Shown in pieces: positions 17,692 to 24,770 of a DNA stretch of 45,101 nucleotides (the stretch's first letter is position 1; every line of letters begins with the position of its first letter). The DNA is taken from NCBI GenBank assembly GCA_045534565.1, contig JAZSJY010000086.1:1-45101 (forward strand), written 5' to 3'. A model generated the notes under the pieces. That model searched no databases, was not told where the DNA came from, and was given only the letters and a program-made list of their open reading frames with translations. A program made the translations under genes and the position numbers. The stretch is from Christensenellaceae bacterium. Lineage in GTDB: Bacteria; Bacillota; Clostridia; Christensenellales; Borkfalkiaceae.

Positions 17692-19548
17692 ATGACCGAA
17701 TTTATTGAAGGACAATTTGATGCGGTAGTAATCGGCGCAGGACACGCAGGTTGCGAAGCGGCGTTAGCCCTAGCAAGAACAGGGCAAAAAACGGCTATGC
17801 TGACACTTAATTTAGACAGTATAGCCTTTATGGCGTGCAATCCTTCAATCGGTGGAACGGCAAAAGGTCAAATAGTGCGTGAAATAGATGCACTTGGCGG
17901 TGAAATGGGTGTGAACGCAGACGGCGCGCTTTTGCAAATACGTATGCTTAACCGTGGTAAAGGGGCGGCGGTGCAATCACTTCGCGGGCAAGAAGATAAA
18001 AACGCTTACCATAGGCTTATGAAAGCCACCCTTGAAAACACCGATAACCTTAAAATATTGCAAGGCGAAGCCGTAGAAATTTTGGTTGAAGATGGAAAAG
18101 TTAGGGGTGTTAAAACTGCTTACGGTGGCGTGCTTTTGTGTAAATGCGCAATACTTGCTACCGGCGTTTACCTTAACGGCAGTATCATTGCAGGCGAGTG
18201 GCGTAAAGATAGTGGCCCGAACGGGTTTCAACCAGCAAACGAACTTACGGCGAACCTTATTGAATTAGGGTTTAACGTAAGAAGATTTAAGACGGGAACG
18301 CCTGCAAGAATTGACGCGCGCACCGTTGATTTTGACGCGCTTGAAATTCAAGACGGCGAAGTTGACGTTTATCCGTTCAGTTTTATGAGCGAAAGAGTGC
18401 CAGAAAAACAACGCCCGTGTTACCTTACGTATACCAACGAAAAAACGCACGAAATTATAAGGGCGAATTTACACCGTTCCCCCCTATACGCAGGGCTTAT
18501 TAAAGGAACGGGACCACGTTACTGCCCGTCTATTGAAGACAAGGTGGTTAGGTTTGCAGATAAAGAACGCCATCAATTGTTTTTAGAGCCTGAAGGTGGC
18601 GACACTAACGAAGTTTACGTTCAAGGCATGTCCACTTCCCTTCCCCACGACGTACAAAAACAAATGTATCGTACGGTAAAGGGGCTTGAGAATTGTGAAA
18701 TAATGCGTTACGCATACGCTATTGAATACGACTGTATTGATTCGCTTGACCTTTACCCCACCCTTGAATATAAAAAGATAGAAGGTCTTTACTCTGCAGG
18801 TCAAATAAACGGCACGAGTGGTTATGAAGAAGCCGCTGCGCAAGGACTTATAGCAGGCCTAAACGCATCACTTAAAATGCGTGGCGAAGAGCCGTTAGTT
18901 TTAGCGCGTGACGACGGATATATAGGCGTGCTTATAGACGACCTTGTTACCAAAGGCACTAATGAGCCGTATAGAATGATGACTAGCCGTGCCGAATATA
19001 GAATAGTTTTAAGGCAAGATAACCCCGATTTCCGTTTGACCGAAAGGGGTAGAAAAGCAGGGCTTGTTAGTGACGCGCGTTATAAAAAGTATCTTGAAAG
19101 AAAGGAAGAATATCAAAAGGCGACCGAGCTAATGCAAGCAATGGTTAAGCCCAAAGACGCAAAAGATTTACTTCTTCGTTACGGCTATCCACAACCGCAA
19201 AGCGGACTTACAAAAGCCGATATGATAAGGCGTGGTATTCCCCTTGAAGATATTATTAAAGAATACGGTGGGTTTGACGGCGTAAGCAAAGAAATTTTAG
19301 ACACCGTTGAAATAGACGCAAAATATCAAGGTTACTTGCAAAAAGGGTTAGAACAAATTGAAAAGGCAAAGAAGTTAGAAGAAAAAACTTTGCCCGACGA
19401 TATAGATTATCTTTCAATAAGTGGGTTAAGAATAGAAGCAAGGCAAAAACTTGATAAAATACGCCCCAAAAACCTTGGGCAAGCCGGCAGAATATCAGGG
19501 GTATCCCCTGCCGATATAGCCGTGCTAATGGTTTACTTAAAAAAATAG
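17692..19548 (+). CDS. mnmG: tRNA uridine 5-carboxymethylaminomethyl modification enzyme MnmG (GidA)
   Basis: FDAVVIGAGHAGCEAA, GPRYCPSIEDK, QINGTSGYEEAAAQG. Starts 3 nt after the dnaA stop. Confidence 0.95.
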   Translation: MTEFIEGQFDAVVIGAGHAGCEAALALARTGQKTAMLTLNLDSIAFMACNPSIGGTAKGQIVREIDALGGEMGVNADGALLQIRMLNRGKGAAVQSLRGQEDKNAYHRLMKATLENTDNLKILQGEAVEILVEDGKVRGVKTAYGGVLLCKCAILATGVYLNGSIIAGEWRKDSGPNGFQPANELTANLIELGFNVRRFKTGTPARIDARTVDFDALEIQDGEVDVYPFSFMSERVPEKQRPCYLTYTNEKTHEIIRANLHRSPLYAGLIKGTGPRYCPSIEDKVVRFADKERHQLFLEPEGGDTNEVYVQGMSTSLPHDVQKQMYRTVKGLENCEIMRYAYAIEYDCIDSLDLYPTLEYKKIEGLYSAGQINGTSGYEEAAAQGLIAGLNASLKMRGEEPLVLARDDGYIGVLIDDLVTKGTNEPYRMMTSRAEYRIVLRQDNPDFRLTERGRKAGLVSDARYKKYLERKEEYQKATELMQAMVKPKDAKDLLLRYGYPQPQSGLTKADMIRRGIPLEDIIKEYGGFDGVSKEILDTVEIDAKYQGYLQKGLEQIEKAKKLEEKTLPDDIDYLSISGLRIEARQKLDKIRPKNLGQAGRISGVSPADIAVLMVYLKK

Positions 19549-19552
19549 CAAC

Positions 19553-19584
19553 AAAAAAACACCCGATATGTTCGGGTGTTTTTT
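19553..19584. terminator. bidirectional intrinsic terminator
   Basis: CACCCGA (19560-19566) pairs with TCGGGTG (19572-19578). A7 upstream, T6 downstream. Confidence 0.85.
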
Positions 19585-19588
19585 ATTA

Positions 19589-20458
19589 TTATTTTGATTG
19601 TATTTTTTTAACGTATTCTTTGTTTAATTTCATAAAGTTATCAGTTTTATTAAACACTATGCTTACTACTATAAACGTAATTAAAAATATTATACCGATA
19701 ATTAAAGAAACGTTAAAGTCAAACGAAAAGGAAGAACCGATAGCATTATTTAATAAAAGTCCGTTAAGGTTTGGGAAAAGACCTATGCATAATGAAAAAC
19801 TTAAAGCAATAAAAAGTAAAACCCTTGTTGCAACTTTTAATTTTTCTATTTTTTTCAAACTAGGATTTTCTCTATAACGAAGTTCCCTTATATAACAATG
19901 AGTAAAACCGTTGATTAGCATTTCGCCGTCTTTAGAAAATTCAATGGTTTTTAATAGCGCAACGTGATCAAATTTTGCAAAATCTAGGCTAGTTACCATC
20001 TTAGTTGCTGTGGATAGGTCAATGCTATTTATAGTTAAAATATATATGGTTGCAAAAAGCAACGCTAAAACTGAGCAGATTTTTATAGTTCTTATAACTT
20101 TGTATGCTTGATATAGTGAATAATTTTCTTTAAGTCCGTAATAGAAGAGTAAATATAAAGCAATTATACCAAGTATTGCGATAGAAAAAAATAGAAAATA
20201 CGAAAATCTTAATAATGGCACACGGCGAGTAGCGTCAAAGTGTTTATCAAACGTTTCGTTTAGGGTTTTTATGCTTTCTTTTTTTATAGTTGTTTCTTTT
20301 TCTTTGGCAATAGGAAACCCACAGTAAGAACAAATAGTAGTCCCTAATTCCATTGTGTTGCCACATTCAGGGCAAGTGATTGTTTTGCAACCACAGTGCT
20401 CGCAAGTGTAGTTTAATAGCGCTGTTTTTTGACCACATTTTGGGCAATTATATAGCAT
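19589..20458 (-). CDS. double zinc-ribbon membrane protein (about 4 TM), unknown function
   Basis: N-terminus CPKCG..CEHCG..CPECG..CSYCG, then hydrophobic segments. GAAGGAGAAAATC RBS. The ATG lies inside the last codons of the upstream gene (11-nt overlap). Confidence 0.8.
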   Translation of the reverse strand: MLYNCPKCGQKTALLNYTCEHCGCKTITCPECGNTMELGTTICSYCGFPIAKEKETTIKKESIKTLNETFDKHFDATRRVPLLRFSYFLFFSIAILGIIALYLLFYYGLKENYSLYQAYKVIRTIKICSVLALLFATIYILTINSIDLSTATKMVTSLDFAKFDHVALLKTIEFSKDGEMLINGFTHCYIRELRYRENPSLKKIEKLKVATRVLLFIALSFSLCIGLFPNLNGLLLNNAIGSSFSFDFNVSLIIGIIFLITFIVVSIVFNKTDNFMKLNKEYVKKIQSK

Positions 20459-21032
20459 GATTTTCTCCTTCTGCTGTTAGATCTATAATATCTACAAGTT
20501 TATTAAAAACCCTAGGGGTTAAGTCCTTATGTAAGTTTAATGTTTGTAAAAAATGAACGTAATTATTTTTTACAGTCCAATCGTACATTTTTTTATAGGC
20601 AGCAACCATTGAACTTTCTTTAACACGTTTACAAATAGCTAATACTATTTCAACAACCCAATATAAAAAACAGAAAGCAAGGGCTAAAATAGACGGTGTT
20701 AGTAATAAAACTTCAAAACCTTTAACCTTAACAAAATAAATAAATACTGCAAGTAAAATTAGAGAAAGTATTGAAGTTATAGTGGTATAAATATCTACAA
20801 ATTTCAATAACTTTCTATATTTGCTTATAGAGTATGCGCATACGGGGTCGTCGTGGGCGAAGTCAACGAAAATTTTTTCTCTTTGAAGTTTTGATAGCGA
20901 CGGGCAAAACGTTTTTGTGGTGCTAGGCGTGTCAGTTGTTTCTGCTTTTTTGCCGAACGTCGTTTTGCAATGAATACATTGTTCTGCTTGGTTTGATATA
21001 GGTTTGCCACATTTAGGACAAGGAATCAGCAT
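20448..21032 (-). CDS. zinc-ribbon membrane protein (2 TM), unknown function
   Basis: N-terminus CPKCG...CIHC, two TM helices, soluble C-terminus. AAAGGAGCAAAA RBS. Confidence 0.8.
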   Translation of the reverse strand: MLIPCPKCGKPISNQAEQCIHCKTTFGKKAETTDTPSTTKTFCPSLSKLQREKIFVDFAHDDPVCAYSISKYRKLLKFVDIYTTITSILSLILLAVFIYFVKVKGFEVLLLTPSILALAFCFLYWVVEIVLAICKRVKESSMVAAYKKMYDWTVKNNYVHFLQTLNLHKDLTPRVFNKLVDIIDLTAEGENHAI

Positions 21033-21061
21033 TTTTGCTCCTTTTTTTGTTTTTTTGTTTC

Positions 21062-21091
21062 ATTATAGCAAAAAATAGGATGACGTGTCAA
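21062..21091 (-). promoter_or_regulatory. near-consensus SigA promoter of the zinc-ribbon operon
   Basis: Minus-strand TTGACA (21091-21086), 18-nt spacer, TATAAT (21067-21062). Confidence 0.6.
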
Positions 21092-21117
21092 CCATAAGAA
21101 TGATGCATCATCCTATT
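21074..21117. promoter_or_regulatory. candidate XRE operator: perfect 10-bp inverted repeat plus overlapping 12-bp palindrome
   Basis: AATAGGATGA (21074-21083, inside the promoter spacer) and TCATCCTATT (21108-21117). ATGATGCATCAT palindrome at 21100-21111. Confidence 0.45.
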
Positions 21118-21160
21118 ATTACCGTGCGTTTAGGGTAGAATATATGTAAGGGAAGAAATA

Positions 21161-21412
21161 ATGAAACAGAAAAATTTAAACGACGCCGTTGTTGAAAGGC
21201 TCAACAAATATATGGGCGAAAAAAATTTAACACAGTATAAGCTTGCTCAAAAAAGTGGCGTGCCGTTTCCCACGCTAAAAAGCATAATGCAAAGAAGAAC
21301 GAAAGGCATTTCATTAAAAACGGTAATACTACTTTCAAGGGGGCTAGATATTACGCCAAGTGAGTTTTTAAACGATTTATTATTTGAAAGTGAAGATTTA
21401 GATTTAGAATAA
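21161..21412 (+). CDS. XRE-family helix-turn-helix transcriptional regulator
   Basis: 83 aa. HTH LTQYKLAQKSGVPFPTLKSIMQ. Divergent from the zinc-ribbon operon. Confidence 0.85.
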   Translation: MKQKNLNDAVVERLNKYMGEKNLTQYKLAQKSGVPFPTLKSIMQRRTKGISLKTVILLSRGLDITPSEFLNDLLFESEDLDLE

Positions 21413-21442
21413 AAAACACCCGAAATACTCGGGTGTTTTTTT
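21413..21442 (+). terminator. intrinsic terminator after the XRE gene
   Basis: CACCCGA (21417-21423) pairs with TCGGGTG (21429-21435), followed by T7. Confidence 0.85.
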
Positions 21443-21653
21443 ATTTCTATTAGTTTAGAGTTATGAGACTCGCTATGCTCGCCGTTATGAATTTGCTACA
21501 CAAATGTTATGATATGATTGCGCTTAATCTGTAACTTGGCGAAGACAATCATAACAATGCGTAAGCATTTCATAACCCATAACTTGCCCACAAGGGCAAT
21601 CATAGTTTAGCGTGATACTCCATTAAGGGTATCACGCTATATTCGGGTGTTTT
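21440..21653. other. ~200-bp structured intergenic insert flanked by a 14-bp direct repeat (candidate MITE-like element or small RNA locus)
   Basis: TACTCGGGTGTTTT (21426-21439) and TATTCGGGTGTTTT (21640-21653) flank the segment. Inside are three direct GTTATGA (21459, 21484, 21506) and three inverted (T)CATAAC (21549, 21570, 21578) able to form nested helices. Also a 10-bp perfect hairpin AGCGTGATAC/GTATCACGCT (21609-21638). Confidence 0.35.
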
Positions 21654-21662
21654 AATTTTTAC

Positions 21663-22343
21663 TTAACCGTAAATTATATTGTTTGAAAGAGTTATTCCAA
21701 ACGAAGTGGGCGCAACTATTATCATAATAGCGCCGATTGCAAGACCTATAATTGCGGGAATAAGGTTTGCTTTATCGCCTTTAAGAGTTTTGATAAGCGT
21801 AATTACTGAAAGTGCAACGCCTGCCAAAGCAAGAATAAACGCAACTATAAAGTTGGTTACGTAGTTGCCCGTGTTTACGATACAACTAAAAGCAGATAAC
21901 GCAATGCCGATATATGCAAAGTAATCTTTCTTGCCTTCTTTTTTTGGTTTTTCCACAGGTGCAGGTGCTTCGGGAATATCGTATTTTGGTGGCGTGAAAG
22001 AAGGAACTTCGGGCACGGGTTCAACGGGTTTTACTTCAACCACGGGTTCGGGAACTACCACGGGTTCGGGTATAGTTTCAACAACGGGTTCAGGAACGAC
22101 GATAGGTTCATGTTCAACTACGGGCTCTGGCTTAACTTCAACTGCGGGCGCAGGTGCAGGTTGCACGGGTGGTTGATAAACGGGTGCTTGGTACACGGGC
22201 GCAGGTTGAACGGGTTGCGCAGGCGTAACGGGTGTAGGTTGTTGAATAGGGGTAAACGAAGGTTTTACGCCTGTAGGTTTACCACAATTAGTGCAAACGA
22301 CGTCGTCATCAGCAACGGGACGACCACATTTAGTACAAAACAT
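21663..22343 (-). CDS. zinc-ribbon protein with proline-rich repeat linker and C-terminal TM domain
   Basis: N-terminus CTKCG...CTNCG. Long P/V/E-rich region with EPVV repeats. Three to four hydrophobic helices. AAGGAGAAC RBS. Confidence 0.8.
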   Translation of the reverse strand: MFCTKCGRPVADDDVVCTNCGKPTGVKPSFTPIQQPTPVTPAQPVQPAPVYQAPVYQPPVQPAPAPAVEVKPEPVVEHEPIVVPEPVVETIPEPVVVPEPVVEVKPVEPVPEVPSFTPPKYDIPEAPAPVEKPKKEGKKDYFAYIGIALSAFSCIVNTGNYVTNFIVAFILALAGVALSVITLIKTLKGDKANLIPAIIGLAIGAIMIIVAPTSFGITLSNNIIYG

Positions 22344-22379
22344 ATAAAATGTTCTCCTTAATCATAGGTATTTGTAAGT

Positions 22380-22408
22380 ATTATACCACCGAATAGCAAG
22401 ATAGTCAA
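22380..22408 (-). promoter_or_regulatory. SigA-type promoter for the proline-rich zinc-ribbon gene
   Basis: Minus-strand TTGACT (22408-22403), 17-nt spacer, TATAAT (22385-22380). Confidence 0.55.
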
Positions 22409-22416
22409 TAGTAATA

Positions 22417-22455
22417 TAAAAAAAGCGCCCTAAAAGGTTTTGCCTTTTTGGGCGC
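22417..22455 (-). terminator. intrinsic terminator of rnpB
   Basis: GCGCCC (22425-22430) pairs with GGGCGC (22450-22455), with inner AAAAGG/CCTTTT pairs. Followed on the minus strand by a T-run (plus-strand A-run 22418-22424). Confidence 0.8.
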
Positions 22456-22460
22456 ATGTT

Positions 22461-22816
22461 CTTTTTAAGACGGTCTGTAAGCCGAGTTCTGTCGTGTACG
22501 GTCATTTATCTACGAATAACGTTACCGTTATCCCCCAGCGATATTTGTGAAACGACTTCGGTGAAACTCCCTAATGAAGTCGTTTGTCAATCTTGCGTCG
22601 GGTGGGGTTTACAATGCCCCGTGCGTTACCGTACGGGCGGTGCGCTCTTACCGCACCCTTTCAGCCTTACCGTAAAAACGGCGGTTTATTTTCTGTTGCA
22701 CTTTCCTTAAAGTCACCTTCACCGGGATTTCTCCGGCACCCTGTTTCTAAAACGCTCGGACTTTCCTCATTGACAGGCTCTCCCTGCCCCCGCGACCGTA
22801 TAACCGACTTAAAAAG
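22461..22816 (-). ncRNA. rnpB: RNase P RNA (M1 RNA)
   Basis: The reverse complement contains the universally conserved GAGGAAAGTCCG and ACAGAACTCGGCTTACAG blocks plus GGTAAGAGCGCACC. The P1 helix pairs ACGGTC (22799-22794) with GACCGT (22475-22470), extended by CTTTTTAAG/CTTAAAAAG. Consensus promoter upstream and terminator downstream. Ends are accurate to about 10 nt. Confidence 0.92.
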
Positions 22817-22823
22817 TAAACAT

Positions 22824-22852
22824 ATTATACCCGTATTTTATCTTTTTGTCAA
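22824..22852 (-). promoter_or_regulatory. consensus SigA promoter of rnpB
   Basis: Minus-strand TTGACA (22852-22847), 17-nt spacer, TATAAT (22829-22824). The predicted start near 22817 matches the 5' end of P1. Confidence 0.75.
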
Positions 22853-22860
22853 CTAAATGA

Positions 22861-22897
22861 AAAAAAGACGGTTAAACGTAAGTTAATCGTCTTTTTT
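22861..22897. terminator. hairpin terminator between the small ORF and the rnpB promoter
   Basis: AAGACG (22865-22870) pairs with CGTCTT (22888-22893). Flanked by an A-run and a T-run. Confidence 0.55.
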
Positions 22898-22922
22898 CTT
22901 TTCAGGTTCTAATTACATTTTT

Positions 22923-23097
22923 TTAGAGATCGTCTGCATCTTGGATAGGCTTTTCGTATTTATCAAAAGCGTCTACCCCAGTGTAAGAACCTTGCGAATC
23001 AAAATTGCTTTTAAGATTAAACTTATTTACAATTTTTTGCGTTATCGTTTTGGCTTTTGTTAGACGTTCTCGTAGTAGTTTTCTTTTTACTCTTCAT
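22923..23097 (-). pseudogene. small basic-protein ORF interrupted by a 1-nt frameshift (or sequencing indel, or recoding site)
   Basis: GGGGGAAAGTT-ATG at 23097 opens a 24-codon frame (MKSKKKTTTRTSNKSQNDNAKNCK*). The +1 frame is open from 23094 to the TAA at 22925-22923 but has no start codon (..KRKLLRERLTKAKTITQKIVNKFNLKSNFDSQGSYTGVDAFDKYEKPIQDADDL*). The span is 175 nt, which is 3n+1. A-runs are present in the overlap. Confidence 0.4.
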
Positions 23098-23145
23098 AAC
23101 TTTCCCCCTTGGTAGTATGTTGTGTAGAATTTCATATTTTATTCT

Positions 23146-23180
23146 AAAAAAATAAAAAACCGCGTAAAATTATACGCGGT
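23146..23180 (-). terminator. intrinsic terminator of the amino-acid-kinase gene
   Basis: ACCGCGTA (23159-23166) pairs with TACGCGGT (23173-23180). T-run on the minus strand (23146-23158). Confidence 0.75.
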
Positions 23181-23185
23181 GTAAA

Positions 23186-24010
23186 TTATCTAACGCCTAT
23201 TCTAGTTGCTTTTGCTTTGCCTGACAAAATATCTTTAATTGAATATTTTGCGTTTGCAATAATAACGTTAGTGCCTATTTTAACGGCATCTTTAATATAT
23301 TCAAGTTTTGCCTTTGCCCCGTTTGCGCCTGCACGTGACGCACCGTTGCAATAATTTTCACAAGCGGTGATATTATCTAACACTTCGTAAACGGTTGAGC
23401 CCGAAATTTCACTAATTAAAGTATCGGGGTTTTTGCTATCTTTATAAATACCGTCTGCGCTAGTTAAAATTAAAAGGTTTTTTGCGTGAACAAGGCAAGC
23501 AATTTGCGTTGCAGTTTCGTCGTTATCAACACACTCCACAACCTTTTTGTTTTTGTTCTTAAGCGACTGAATTTCAAAACGGCGACTTTCTTCCGTACTT
23601 ATTGCGTCGTTATAGTTAATGATAGGAATAGCGTTTTGTTCTTTGCAACGTATAAGCATTGCTTTAAGGTGTTCACGCTTTTTTTCGTCGTTGAAGTGTT
23701 GGTGTTCAACTAAAACTTGGCGAATAGAATACTTACTGTCAACGTATTGGCGGTAGGTGGACATAAGTATTGATTGCCCTTGCGACGCATAGTCGGTTTT
23801 AATATCTTCGGGCTCGCCTTTGAGTTCTTTGCCCGTGCGCTTAATATAGTCAAGTCTACCCGTTTCGGCAGCACCACTCGTAACCCAAATATAGCCTGGG
23901 CGAAGTTCGCTTGATAACCTTGCAATAAGCGTGTAATCTAAAATATTACTGTTTTTATCAATCAGCGCCATTGAACCGATTTTGCCAACTAATTCAGTAT
24001 CAAATTTCAT
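23186..24010 (-). CDS. amino acid kinase family protein (glutamate 5-kinase-like, no PUA domain)
   Basis: KIGSMAL, VTSGAAETG, IINYNDAISTEE, DNDETATQIA..LLILTSADGIY. These blocks parallel ProB-type kinases. No proA lies adjacent. Confidence 0.55.
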   Translation of the reverse strand: MKFDTELVGKIGSMALIDKNSNILDYTLIARLSSELRPGYIWVTSGAAETGRLDYIKRTGKELKGEPEDIKTDYASQGQSILMSTYRQYVDSKYSIRQVLVEHQHFNDEKKREHLKAMLIRCKEQNAIPIINYNDAISTEESRRFEIQSLKNKNKKVVECVDNDETATQIACLVHAKNLLILTSADGIYKDSKNPDTLISEISGSTVYEVLDNITACENYCNGASRAGANGAKAKLEYIKDAVKIGTNVIIANAKYSIKDILSGKAKATRIGVR

Positions 24011-24135
24011 TATTTTATTACCTTAAACGTTTGTTGGTTTAATTATATAGCAAAAACGATAAATTTACAACAAAAATGGTTGACTTTATAATTTTATTAT
24101 GTTATTTTCTTTTAGGAATAAAAAAGGAGCGCTTT

Positions 24136-24735
24136 ATGGAAAGCAAAGTTTTATCACTAATTGCAAGTTTTATAGCCTTGGTTTTCGTGGTATGTTCGTA
24201 TTTCGTTAGAAAGAAATCAATGTACCTTATGTTTCAAGCGCTTTGCATAATCTTTTTAATAGTATCGTATTTCTTTAACTTGCAATTTTTCGCAATGATA
24301 GGCGTTACGATAGGGCTTTTTCGTACGCTTACCTTTTATCTGTTTGAAAGAAAAGGTAAAAGAGCACATATCTTGTTTTCCGTATTGTTTTCCGTCCTAA
24401 CCATTGCGTCTTACTTTATAGTAAACTTTTGGATATTAGGTGACGCCAAGCCGTTAGACGTACTTTGTTTGTTGGCGCTAGTTGGCTATGCGTTCATATT
24501 TAGAATAAGAAACTTAAAAATAGTTCGTTTTACTATGATTATTCCAACCGTGCTATCAATACTATTTAACGTGCTTACGCACGCAGCGTTGTTTGCAACG
24601 CTCACATATTCGTTTGAACTGCTTGCAAATATCGTTTCAATATTTAAGTATCACGTTTTCGGCAAAAAGAAAAAAGTGGAACTAAAAGAAGAACTTACCA
24701 AAGAAGACACGCCCCTTATAGAAAACAAAGAATAA
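24136..24735 (+). CDS. YgjV-like multi-pass inner membrane protein
   Basis: Start moved to the ATG at 24136, after AAAAGGAGCG. About six hydrophobic helices and a Lys-rich tail. The family call is tentative. Confidence 0.5.
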   Translation: MESKVLSLIASFIALVFVVCSYFVRKKSMYLMFQALCIIFLIVSYFFNLQFFAMIGVTIGLFRTLTFYLFERKGKRAHILFSVLFSVLTIASYFIVNFWILGDAKPLDVLCLLALVGYAFIFRIRNLKIVRFTMIIPTVLSILFNVLTHAALFATLTYSFELLANIVSIFKYHVFGKKKKVELKEELTKEDTPLIENKE

Positions 24736-24736
24736 T

Positions 24737-24770
24737 AAAAAACCCACCAGAACGGTGGGTTTTATTTTTT
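24737..24770. terminator. bidirectional intrinsic terminator
   Basis: CCCACC (24743-24748) pairs with GGTGGG (24754-24759). Flanking A-run and T-run. Confidence 0.8.

Noticed and set aside
21463-21603. Overlapping small hydrophobic ORFs (23 aa on the plus strand, 35 aa on the minus strand), considered as a type I toxin-antitoxin pair.
   Set aside because: Neither has an SD at proper spacing; the only GGAG is 14 nt from the minus-strand ATG and lies within a hairpin. The 35-aa peptide has several charged residues within its hydrophobic stretch. They are mentioned only as a possibility inside the insert finding.
8719-21653. The shared CACCCGA / TCGGGTG terminator core at 8719, 19553 and 21413 and the orphan half at 21640, considered as att-like repeats bounding the AT-rich islet.
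   Set aside because: The same hairpin design also occurs at an unrelated site (8719), and the hairpins are palindromic. The similarity may only reflect a common terminator architecture in this genome. It is noted, but not taken as evidence of site-specific integration.
21931-22361. Plus-strand ORFs encoding G/S/T-rich repeats (21931..22176 and 22110..22361).
   Set aside because: They are antisense shadows of the proline-rich repeat region of the minus-strand zinc-ribbon gene, which has a strong SD and promoter.
22456-22856. Two plus-strand track ORFs (22456..22710, 84 aa; 22584..22856, 90 aa).
   Set aside because: They lie antisense over the RNase P RNA gene, whose GAGGAAAGTCCG and ACAGAACTCGGCTTACAG blocks are on the minus strand with its own promoter and terminator. 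Neither ORF has an SD and neither translation looks protein-like.
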